The notes under the pieces are model-generated. The model had not been told where the DNA came from and ran no database searches. It saw only the letters and a program-made list of their open reading frames with translations. From Candidatus Woesearchaeota archaeon (GTDB taxonomy: Archaea > Nanobdellota > Nanobdellia > SCGC-AAA011-G17 > PNOQ01), in NCBI GenBank assembly GCA_964448715.1, contig CAYUWX010000003.1:1-33542 (forward strand): a stretch of 33,542 bases of DNA, read 5' to 3'. Made by a program: the position numbers and the translations under genes. This document shows positions 17,173-24,634 of the stretch, piece by piece. Each line of letters begins with the position of its first letter. The first letter of the stretch is position 1.

Positions 17173-18129
17173 ATGAATGAAGATAATATAATGGCTATTT
17201 ATTCCAAGGAAATTAAGGAGCATGGAAAAATATTAAATAGTGAAGAACAAAAAAAACTTGCAAAATCTATATATGGTAATAAAATAATTTCAAAAATTTA
17301 TTCAAAATCTCTAATGGATAAAAATATATCTAAAGAAACTAAATATAGGTTAAAATCTCAATACGAGGAAATAGAATCACAAATAAATAAAGAAAAAGAA
17401 GTATTAACAACAACAAATTTACCATTAGTAATTTTTAAAGCAAAAAAATATGTAAAAAAAGGAGTAGAATTTTCAGATTTAATTCAAGAAGGAAGTATAG
17501 CTCTTTTTAATCAAGGAATAAATAACTATGATCCTTACCATTCTTCAAATTCAAAATTTACTTCTTATGCAGGATTATGGATAGATCAGGCAATGGGAAG
17601 GGTAGTATATAATCACTCTAAAACCATAAGATTACCTGTACATGTAAATGAATTAGAAACAAAAATTCAAAGATTTACTGATAGTTTTATTTTAGAAAAT
17701 TTAAGAGAACCTAGTTCCAAAGAAATTTCTAAAGGAATTGAAATAAAATTAAAAAAAATTAATGAGACCCTAAGAGATCAACAATCTAGAAAAGGGCCAT
17801 TAAGTTTAGACTATTCTAATCCGGATAATGGAAGTTCATTATTGGACACCATTTCATATAATCCTGAAAAAGAATTAGAAGGGCCAATCGAATTTAATCA
17901 TAAAAATATAATCGAGGAGTTATTTTTAACTGCTAGACTTACCGAGAGAGAAGAAATAGTAATGAAAGGAAGATTTGGTTTAGATACACAAAATTCCATA
18001 ACATTAAGAGAACTAGGAGAAGAATTAGGAGTTACTAGAGAAAGAATTCGTCAAATTGAAATAATGTCTATTAATAAATTAAGAAATGCTGCAAAAAATT
18101 TAAATTTAAATTTTGAAGATTTAATTTAA
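17173..18129 (+). CDS. bacterial-type RNA polymerase sigma-70 family factor (regions 2, 3 and 4 present)
   Basis: FSDLIQEGSIALFNQGINNYDPYHSSNSKFTSYAGLWIDQAMGR (regions 2.1-2.4). TIRLPVHVNELETKI (region 3.0). REEIVMKGRFGLDTQNSITLRELGEELGVTRERIRQIEIMSINKLR (region 4 HTH). Collinear with E. coli RpoD motifs DLIQEGNIGLMKAV, TIRIPVH and VTRERIRQIE. Confidence 0.9.
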   Translation: MNEDNIMAIYSKEIKEHGKILNSEEQKKLAKSIYGNKIISKIYSKSLMDKNISKETKYRLKSQYEEIESQINKEKEVLTTTNLPLVIFKAKKYVKKGVEFSDLIQEGSIALFNQGINNYDPYHSSNSKFTSYAGLWIDQAMGRVVYNHSKTIRLPVHVNELETKIQRFTDSFILENLREPSSKEISKGIEIKLKKINETLRDQQSRKGPLSLDYSNPDNGSSLLDTISYNPEKELEGPIEFNHKNIIEELFLTARLTEREEIVMKGRFGLDTQNSITLRELGEELGVTRERIRQIEIMSINKLRNAAKNLNLNFEDLI

Positions 18130-19319
18130 ATTAGTTTAATATTTTTAACTTTTTCTTTTATCCATTTTTCTTTAATTAAACTTCTAGAAAATTCCATTGG
18201 TGTCCTATATTTTCTTTCTAAAATAACATAAGTTTTTCCCTTAGAAATTTTGACATTCTTCCATTTTTTCATAAAAGCCAAACTATTTTTTTCATCCTTA
18301 ACTTTTGGACCTTGATGAATCTTTTTTTTAGGAAGCTTATCGGCTTTAAACCAAAAATGAACTTTATCTTCAAATTTCCAACCATAATTTTTTATTTTAA
18401 AATCTTTGTCTTCAAATTCTTTCTTCATTCTCTCCAACAAACTTAATAATTTAGATCCAATGATATCCCTTTTACCTTCAAAAGGAGTAATTTCAAAAAT
18501 AACATGATCTTTCTTTAATTTATGAATTAATACTTCTTTTTTAATAAAAAAAGTTTTATTGCCATCATATGCTTTACAAAGTGAAATAAATTTATTATAA
18601 TTTTTTTTACTAATGGCTGCTGCGGCATTTCTATCTTCTTGAACTGGGTCAATAATAATTAGTGGAGAAACTTTTTTGGATTTATTTAATTCTCTTAATG
18701 CCTTTTCTTTATTTCTTCCAAAATAAATAACTTCTTCGTCCTTCCAAGTTTTAACATTTTTTATTAATTTATCAAATGAACCATATTTAATAATTAACAA
18801 TTCTAAAACATATCCGGAAAATCCACGAATATAAGATTCAGCACCATACAAATCATTTGCCCTACAAAAATATTTTAAGATTTTAATTTCATTTTGTTTT
18901 TTTCTATTTGTTTTTTTCTTAACAAATTTTACATGTAATGGGGAAAAATCCATAATATTTTGAGAATTAGAAGATTTTTTTATATCTAAAACGGGAACTA
19001 TTTCAAATTTAAGATTATTTTCCAAAATATGGAAATAATCTCTAGATCCATGAACTATTTTAACCTTACGTCTAAATTCAGATTTTAAAAATTTCTTTAA
19101 TTCTTTAGAAATATTTTTATCATGATATTTTTTGTAATTAAATTTTGCAAATATGTCTATATCTAAATTATCTTTCAAAAAAGTATTTTTTGCATAACTT
19201 CCACCAACATAAAATTTTATATCTTTATTTTTAAGTTTTTTTAAAAATTCTTTGACTTTTTTATCTAGTTGTTTCTTTTCTACTTTATTTTGATTTATTT
19301 GTTCTAAAATGGATTTCAT
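18126..19319 (-). CDS. cca: CCA-adding tRNA nucleotidyltransferase, archaeal class I
   Basis: FYVGGSYAKNTFLKDNLDIDIF (GS...DxD nucleotidyltransferase motif of archaeal CCA enzymes), RGFSGY motif, 397 aa. All three tRNAs in the window lack encoded CCA. Confidence 0.85.
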   Translation of the reverse strand: MKSILEQINQNKVEKKQLDKKVKEFLKKLKNKDIKFYVGGSYAKNTFLKDNLDIDIFAKFNYKKYHDKNISKELKKFLKSEFRRKVKIVHGSRDYFHILENNLKFEIVPVLDIKKSSNSQNIMDFSPLHVKFVKKKTNRKKQNEIKILKYFCRANDLYGAESYIRGFSGYVLELLIIKYGSFDKLIKNVKTWKDEEVIYFGRNKEKALRELNKSKKVSPLIIIDPVQEDRNAAAAISKKNYNKFISLCKAYDGNKTFFIKKEVLIHKLKKDHVIFEITPFEGKRDIIGSKLLSLLERMKKEFEDKDFKIKNYGWKFEDKVHFWFKADKLPKKKIHQGPKVKDEKNSLAFMKKWKNVKISKGKTYVILERKYRTPMEFSRSLIKEKWIKEKVKNIKLI

Positions 19320-20156
19320 CTAAAAATTTAAAGATATTATTGGTTTATTATCTTCACTTACTCCTAATAATAATTCGAATTCTTTCTTTCTTTCTCCAGG
19401 ACTCAAACTAACTCCTTCATGTAATTTTTCAAATCCTGCAATTTTAATAATTTTTTCTCCTTTTGATGGACTTTTTTGAATATCTTCAATTGTTTTATTT
19501 AAAATCATAACATCCGGTTTTTCAGGTAATTCTTTAATTAAAATAGGTTTAATAAATTTAATAATCCCCATTTCACTTTTTTTAAAGTTAAAAACTTTCT
19601 TTATTATTTCTAAACTATATTCAGGTTTTTCTTTTATTTTAACATCCATATCCTGAATATTTATTTTTTCTAAACCTTCGAAACTTTTAGAAGGTAATGC
19701 AACACATTTTCCAGTTTCTCCACATAATTTATTAGAATCACAACCACATCTACTACAATCTTCAATTAATCCATTATTTGTACAATAATATGGCTCATTA
19801 GAAGAACATTGATTCATAGGAGTATTATCTGAACATTTTTCTACATTTAGGCAATAGCCCTCGGGATAACAAGATTCTTCCTCTAAACATCCACACTCTT
19901 GACAATTTTGTTCATAAAAACATTCATCACCTTCTTGCCTACATAAATAAGGAGTATTATCTAAATCACAATCTCCTGATTGAATTTCATCACCATCGAT
20001 TAAAGAGATACATGGGCAACTTCCACTAATATCTGGAGGAATAGTTACAAATCCTGTTAGATGAAAACCTTCGCTAGAATTATAATCTAATGAATTAACA
20101 CTAGTTAGTAAAATACCGAATACTAAAAATAAATATAATAAATCTAACTTTTTCAT
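19320..20156 (-). CDS. secreted cysteine-rich protein, paralogous module to 10404-11720
   Basis: Signal peptide MKKLDLLYLFLVFGILLTSVNS. SGSCPC...GDC...PYLC...CFYEQNCQECGC...C module plus a second CS..EPYYC...CSRCGC...C module. The stop codon abuts the cca start codon. Confidence 0.7.
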   Translation of the reverse strand: MKKLDLLYLFLVFGILLTSVNSLDYNSSEGFHLTGFVTIPPDISGSCPCISLIDGDEIQSGDCDLDNTPYLCRQEGDECFYEQNCQECGCLEEESCYPEGYCLNVEKCSDNTPMNQCSSNEPYYCTNNGLIEDCSRCGCDSNKLCGETGKCVALPSKSFEGLEKINIQDMDVKIKEKPEYSLEIIKKVFNFKKSEMGIIKFIKPILIKELPEKPDVMILNKTIEDIQKSPSKGEKIIKIAGFEKLHEGVSLSPGERKKEFELLLGVSEDNKPIISLNF

Positions 20157-20232
20157 ATAAATTCCTAAGAAAAACTATTTTATAAAACTTGCCATAGAAA
20201 CACTTAAATAAATTATAATTAAAGATTTAATT

Positions 20233-20997
20233 ATGATTAAAATAGGGTCTTCTGGAATTGGCGGAGTAAAAGAAGCAAAAAGAAATTTACAACATTTCAA
20301 AGATAATAATTTAGATGCCGCAGAAGTTGCATTTACTTATTCAAATTATATAAAAAAAGAAGATGCTATAGAAATAGGAAAATTTGCAAAAAAAATAAAA
20401 ATTGACTTAAGCATTCATTCCTCCTATTTCATAAATCTAAACTCTACAGATAAAACTAAATTAATTCAATCTAAAAAAAGACTTCTTGGAGCGTGTGAAA
20501 TAGGAGAATACTTGCAAGCAAAATATATTGTATTTCATCCAGGATATTTTGGGAAAAGATCAAAAGAAGAAACTTATGAAAATATAAAAAAAGAAGTTCT
20601 AGAAGTTCAAAAAGAAATTAAAAAAAATAAATGGAAAGTTAAATTAGCTCCAGAAACAACAGGGAAGATAAATGTTTTTGGTTCACTAGATGAAATTCTT
20701 AAATTAGCAAGAGAAACAAAAACTGCAATGTGCATAGATTTTGCACATCTTAAAGCAAGAAATTTAGGAAAAATAGATTATAAGGAAGTAATAAAAAAAC
20801 TTCCAAAAAAACATATTCATTGCCATTTTGCAGGTATTGCTTATGGTGAAAAAGGAGAAAGACATCATAAATTAGTAGATTTCAAAGAATACCAAAAACT
20901 AATAAATGAATTAAAAAAACAAAAAGTAGATTGTACACTAATTTGCGAATCACCGGATCCGTTTGGTGATGCAAAAAAAATGAAAAAGAAACTATGA
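20233..20997 (+). CDS. nfo: endonuclease IV-like / xylose-isomerase-like TIM-barrel protein
   Basis: Ordered metal-ligand-like motifs SIHSSYFINL, IVFHPGY, LAPETTG, CIDFAHL, HCHFAG and ICESP resemble Nfo family spacing. 254 aa. Confidence 0.6.
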   Translation: MIKIGSSGIGGVKEAKRNLQHFKDNNLDAAEVAFTYSNYIKKEDAIEIGKFAKKIKIDLSIHSSYFINLNSTDKTKLIQSKKRLLGACEIGEYLQAKYIVFHPGYFGKRSKEETYENIKKEVLEVQKEIKKNKWKVKLAPETTGKINVFGSLDEILKLARETKTAMCIDFAHLKARNLGKIDYKEVIKKLPKKHIHCHFAGIAYGEKGERHHKLVDFKEYQKLINELKKQKVDCTLICESPDPFGDAKKMKKKL

Positions 20998-21317
20998 AAA
21001 TTATAAAAGCAAAATATGATTCAAAAAAAGAATGGAAATTAGATCCAAAAGGATATTTCTTAATTAGAATTAATAAAAATTTATTAGAAGTTGCTCATGT
21101 TAAAAATGATAATTCTAATCATCCAAAAACTAATTCTGAAAAAGCTACTGTGATTCAAGGGAAAACCGCAGAAGAAATCTACAACACAATAATAAGAGAA
21201 AAATTAATTTCACTTAAAGAACATGCAGCATATTTGGGATCAGAGTTACAAAAGGCAGAAATTGCAATGAAAAATAAACTCAAATATATTCAAGACGACC
21301 CACTTAAACTTTCTTAA
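20994..21317 (+). CDS. small conserved protein, DUF4346-like
   Basis: LDPKGYFLIRI and EHAAYLGSELQKAEIAM resemble, from memory, the DUF4346 domain. Start overlaps the upstream stop (ATGA). Confidence 0.4.
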   Translation: MKIIKAKYDSKKEWKLDPKGYFLIRINKNLLEVAHVKNDNSNHPKTNSEKATVIQGKTAEEIYNTIIREKLISLKEHAAYLGSELQKAEIAMKNKLKYIQDDPLKLS

Positions 21318-22215
21318 TCTTAGCTACAAAAAATCCATCAGTATCATTATCCTGTGGCCAAATTCTTAAACATTTTTTAACTTCCTGATTAAATTTTTTT
21401 CCCTCAAATTCTAAAACCGGTTTTGAACTTTTTAAATTAGGAATACTTATTTTTTCTAATTTAGCATTATCAAATTCTTCTAATAACCATGAAATAACTC
21501 CTTCATCTTCTTCTGGTTCTAATGTACAAGTTGAATAAACTAAAATTCCTCCTTTTTTTAAAATATTAAATGCATTTTTTATTAATTTTCTTTGAATTCC
21601 GACTAATCTTCTAATCTGGTTAGGATTCCATTCTAAAATAGTATTTGGAGATTTTTTTATTGTTCCTGTACCAGAACAAGGTGCATCTAATAATACTTTA
21701 TCAAAATCCCCCCTGATAAATCTTCCATCTTCTAGAGTAATTATAGTATTTGTTAATCCGCTTCTTTGTATATTCATATTTAAAGCCCTCAATCTCATAT
21801 AACTATTATCATTAGAAACAATTAACCCATTATTTTTCATCATAACTGCTATTTGAGTAGTTTTGCTTCCAGGGGCACCAGCCATATCCAATATAATTTC
21901 TCCAGGTTTAGGATTTAAAACTAAAGAAGGTATCATAGAGCTGGCTTCTTGAACATAAAAATAACCCATAGAATGACCAAATAAATTTCCTAGGCCATGA
22001 GCTTCAGAATTAATAAAAAATCCTTCTTTACACCAGGGAATTTGTTCTAAATCATATTCAAAATTTTTCTTAAATTCATTAATAGAAGTTTTCAAAGTAT
22101 TTATTCTAATAGATTTTCTTTGTTCTTTAGTAGAATACTCTTTAAATTTTTCAAAATCAGTAAGTTTAGAATATCTTTCAATAAACTTTTCTTTAAATTC
22201 TGGATATTTTTTCAT
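21304..22215 (-). CDS. NOL1/NOP2/Sun-family RNA cytosine-C5 methyltransferase
   Basis: ILDMAGAPGSKTTQIA (SAM motif I), VLLDAPCSGTGTI (motif IV Cys) and GGILVYSTCTLEPEEDEGV (motif VI Cys). Confidence 0.88.
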   Translation of the reverse strand: MKKYPEFKEKFIERYSKLTDFEKFKEYSTKEQRKSIRINTLKTSINEFKKNFEYDLEQIPWCKEGFFINSEAHGLGNLFGHSMGYFYVQEASSMIPSLVLNPKPGEIILDMAGAPGSKTTQIAVMMKNNGLIVSNDNSYMRLRALNMNIQRSGLTNTIITLEDGRFIRGDFDKVLLDAPCSGTGTIKKSPNTILEWNPNQIRRLVGIQRKLIKNAFNILKKGGILVYSTCTLEPEEDEGVISWLLEEFDNAKLEKISIPNLKSSKPVLEFEGKKFNQEVKKCLRIWPQDNDTDGFFVAKIKKV

Positions 22216-22252
22216 ATTTTTAAAATAAAAAGATTATTTAAAAGAATTGTGA

Positions 22253-22729
22253 TTAACAAGAAGGAATAGTTTCGATTTCAAGTTCTACCGGGTTACAATT
22301 ATCTTCAACAGTTTTATCCTCAAATTCAAATTCTATTTTTTTAGTATATATTATATCTGATAGATTAGCAATATTAAATCCAATATTTGGTTCATATTTT
22401 AAAAATCCAAATTTTCCAATATAAGAGGGTATATTTCTAACATTTACAGTTCCATTATTGTGCATAAACATAAATGTTACATTTTTTATACCATACGATC
22501 CCTCATTATTTATTTCCATAGATAAGTTAGAGGGATTTTTACACATTTCAGAAATAACTAATTTAGTGGGAGAACCACATAACTGATTTAATTGAGTATT
22601 ATACTCTATAGTTTGAGTTTGATCTTCTGAAAAATTTTTAAAAAATAATGCCAAAAAAGTTCCTACTACTATAACTATTCCCACTAATAAGATAGTTGCA
22701 ATTAATGGACTCATACCTCTTTTTTTCAT
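22253..22729 (-). CDS. archaeal type IV pilin-like protein (class III signal peptide)
   Basis: MKKRGMSPLIATILLVGIVIVVGTFLALF has a basic leader, a predicted prepilin-peptidase site after RG, and a hydrophobic helix. atttaaat lies 24.5 nt upstream of the start. Confidence 0.75.
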   Translation of the reverse strand: MKKRGMSPLIATILLVGIVIVVGTFLALFFKNFSEDQTQTIEYNTQLNQLCGSPTKLVISEMCKNPSNLSMEINNEGSYGIKNVTFMFMHNNGTVNVRNIPSYIGKFGFLKYEPNIGFNIANLSDIIYTKKIEFEFEDKTVEDNCNPVELEIETIPSC

Positions 22730-22808
22730 ACCCTTTTTTAGAATATATGATTTAAATAAGTTTTGGTAATATCAAAAGAATAATAAAGAACAAATTATCA
22801 AAAAAAAT

Positions 22809-23549
22809 ATGAAAGAAAATTTAGATCAACATTTTTTAATAAATAAAGAAGTATTAAAACAGATAATTAAAGAATCAAAATTAAAAAAGAAAGACATAAT
22901 ACTAGAAATAGGTCCAGGAAAAGGAGTTTTAACAAAAGAATTAACAAAAAAATCAAAAGTGGTTGCTATTGAAATAGATAAAGATCTAAAATTAGAATTA
23001 AATAATTTAGAATTGATTTATGGAAATGCATTAGAAATAATGGATAATTTAGAATTTAATAAAATAATTTCAAACATTCCTTACTCAATTTCAGAACCAT
23101 TATTTAAAAAAATGTTAAAATTAAATTTCGATTTAGCAATCTTGATGGTCGGAAAAAATTTTTATGAAGTATTAGTAGACGAAAAAAGTAAATGGAATAT
23201 AATAAGTAATATATTTTTTGATATAGAAAAAATTTCAGATGTTTCCAGAGATTCATTTAAACCAAAACCAAAAACAGATTCAGTAATTTTAAAATTTAAA
23301 AATAGAAAAACAAAATTAAATGAATTTGAAAAAATTATAAAAGAAATAGTATTACAAGATGATAAAAAATTAAAAAATGCCATAATGTATGCCTTAGTAA
23401 GAATTAAAGGATTAACAAAAAAACAAGCAAAAGAAATAATTTTTGATTATAAATTACCACCAAATATATTTGAAAAAAATGTAGATTACTTATCAAATAA
23501 ACAATTCTATAAATTAACTAAAGAGATAAATGCGGATGCTGGGGATTGA
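22809..23549 (+). CDS. rsmA: 16S/18S rRNA (adenine-N6,N6)-dimethyltransferase KsgA/Dim1
   Basis: LDQHFLINKEVL, ILEIGPGKGVLT and NIPYSISEPL motifs. The last 19 nt, including the TGA stop, are antisense to tRNA-Gly. Confidence 0.88.
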   Translation: MKENLDQHFLINKEVLKQIIKESKLKKKDIILEIGPGKGVLTKELTKKSKVVAIEIDKDLKLELNNLELIYGNALEIMDNLEFNKIISNIPYSISEPLFKKMLKLNFDLAILMVGKNFYEVLVDEKSKWNIISNIFFDIEKISDVSRDSFKPKPKTDSVILKFKNRKTKLNEFEKIIKEIVLQDDKKLKNAIMYALVRIKGLTKKQAKEIIFDYKLPPNIFEKNVDYLSNKQFYKLTKEINADAGD

Positions 23550-23602
23550 ACCCAGGTCCCGACGTTGGCAACGTCGTATACTAACCACTATACTACATCC
23601 GC
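23531..23602 (-). tRNA. tRNA-Gly (anticodon GCC)
   Basis: Reverse complement GCGGATGTAGTATAGTGGTTAGTATACGACGTTGCCAACGTCGGGACCTGGGTTCAATCCCCAGCATCCGCA. Acceptor GCGGATG/CATCCGC, anticodon stem CGACG/CGTCG with loop TTGCCAA, T arm CTGGG-TTCAATC-CCCAG. No encoded CCA. Confidence 0.92.
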
Positions 23603-23625
23603 ATAGAAAATTAAAACATCATCTT

Positions 23626-23633
23626 ATTTTTAT
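23626..23633 (-). promoter_or_regulatory. TATA-like box for tRNA-Gly
   Basis: tttttata (plus strand) centred about 27 nt upstream of the tRNA 5' end (23602). It overlaps the dcd stop codon. Confidence 0.45.
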
Positions 23634-24127
23634 AACTTTTGATTATTAAATTTACCAGAATATTTTGCATCACCATCTGTTCTATCTAATATTAATTGAG
23701 CTATTCTTAAACCAGATTTTAAAACTAATGGAACATTAGAGTGATTAGAAATTTCAAAAACTTGCTTATTATTAACTCCAGGATGTACAAATGAAGCAGT
23801 AGAATGAATGCTTATACCGAATCTTGCAAATCTACTTCTCCCATATAACCATCCGCATATATTTTTAGGTAAATTAATTTTCTCTTTACTTATTCCCAAA
23901 ATAAATTGACCAGGCATAACTGTTATTTTATCTTTTCTAACTAACTTTGAATATTTTTTATAATCTGAATTTTCATTTAATGTAACTTTTTTACTTTCAA
24001 AAGTTCTAAATTGATTATCTAACGTTAAATCAATAGAAGCAGTACCAATATTTTTTTTATTAAATGGAAAAATTCTAATATTTTTTTTCTTTATTTCACT
24101 AAGTATAACATCTTTTGTTAATATCAT
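23630..24127 (-). CDS. dcd: dCTP deaminase (Dcd/dUTPase superfamily)
   Basis: GTASIDLTL, GWLYGRSRFARFGISIH and VFEISNHSNVPLVL match Dcd family motifs. 165 aa. Confidence 0.86.
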   Translation of the reverse strand: MILTKDVILSEIKKKNIRIFPFNKKNIGTASIDLTLDNQFRTFESKKVTLNENSDYKKYSKLVRKDKITVMPGQFILGISKEKINLPKNICGWLYGRSRFARFGISIHSTASFVHPGVNNKQVFEISNHSNVPLVLKSGLRIAQLILDRTDGDAKYSGKFNNQKL

Positions 24128-24147
24128 AATCTTTAAAATAAAAAGTC

Positions 24148-24155
24148 ATTTAAAT
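24148..24155. promoter_or_regulatory. single palindromic TATA-like box shared by divergent dcd and methyltransferase genes
   Basis: atttaaat in a 48-nt spacer. Its centre is exactly 24.5 nt from both start codons (24127 and 24176). Confidence 0.55.
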
Positions 24156-24175
24156 ACTTTACTCTCACAAAAAAT

Positions 24176-24634
24176 ATGAATTATTACGATCAAATAGCAC
24201 AAGGATATAATGAACTTCATAAAGAAGAGCAACTTAAAAAAATAAATATTATCATCAAAGAGCTAAAAATAACAAATGACAAAGTTCTAGATGTTGGTTG
24301 CGGAACAGCATTTTATTCAAATTTATTTAAAGACTATACTGGACTAGATCCAAGTCAAGGAATGTTAGATCAATCAAGTGCAAATGTAATAAAGGGAGAA
24401 GCAGAAAATTTACCATTTAAAGATAATTCATTTGATACAATAATCTCTATAACTGCAATTCAAAATTTTAAAGATCCTATAAAAGCAATAAATGAAATGA
24501 AAAGAGTTGCTAAAAAGAAAATCGGAATTACTATTCTAAAACAAGCAAAAAATTTTAAATTAGTAGAAAAAGAATTAAAAAATTTTAATAGAATTGATCA
24601 AGATAAGGATATAATATTTACCATTTATTTTTAG
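24176..24634 (+). CDS. class I SAM-dependent methyltransferase
   Basis: VLDVGCGTAFYS motif I and a FDTIISITAIQNF post-I/II pattern. 152 aa. Confidence 0.8.
   Translation: MNYYDQIAQGYNELHKEEQLKKINIIIKELKITNDKVLDVGCGTAFYSNLFKDYTGLDPSQGMLDQSSANVIKGEAENLPFKDNSFDTIISITAIQNFKDPIKAINEMKRVAKKKIGITILKQAKNFKLVEKELKNFNRIDQDKDIIFTIYF

Noticed and set aside
17173-18129. Sigma factor explained as bacterial contamination or a chimeric contig
   Set aside because: Archaeal genes flank it on both sides at distances of 81 nt and -4 nt. Composition and promoter architecture match the neighbours. Read-level verification is still advisable.
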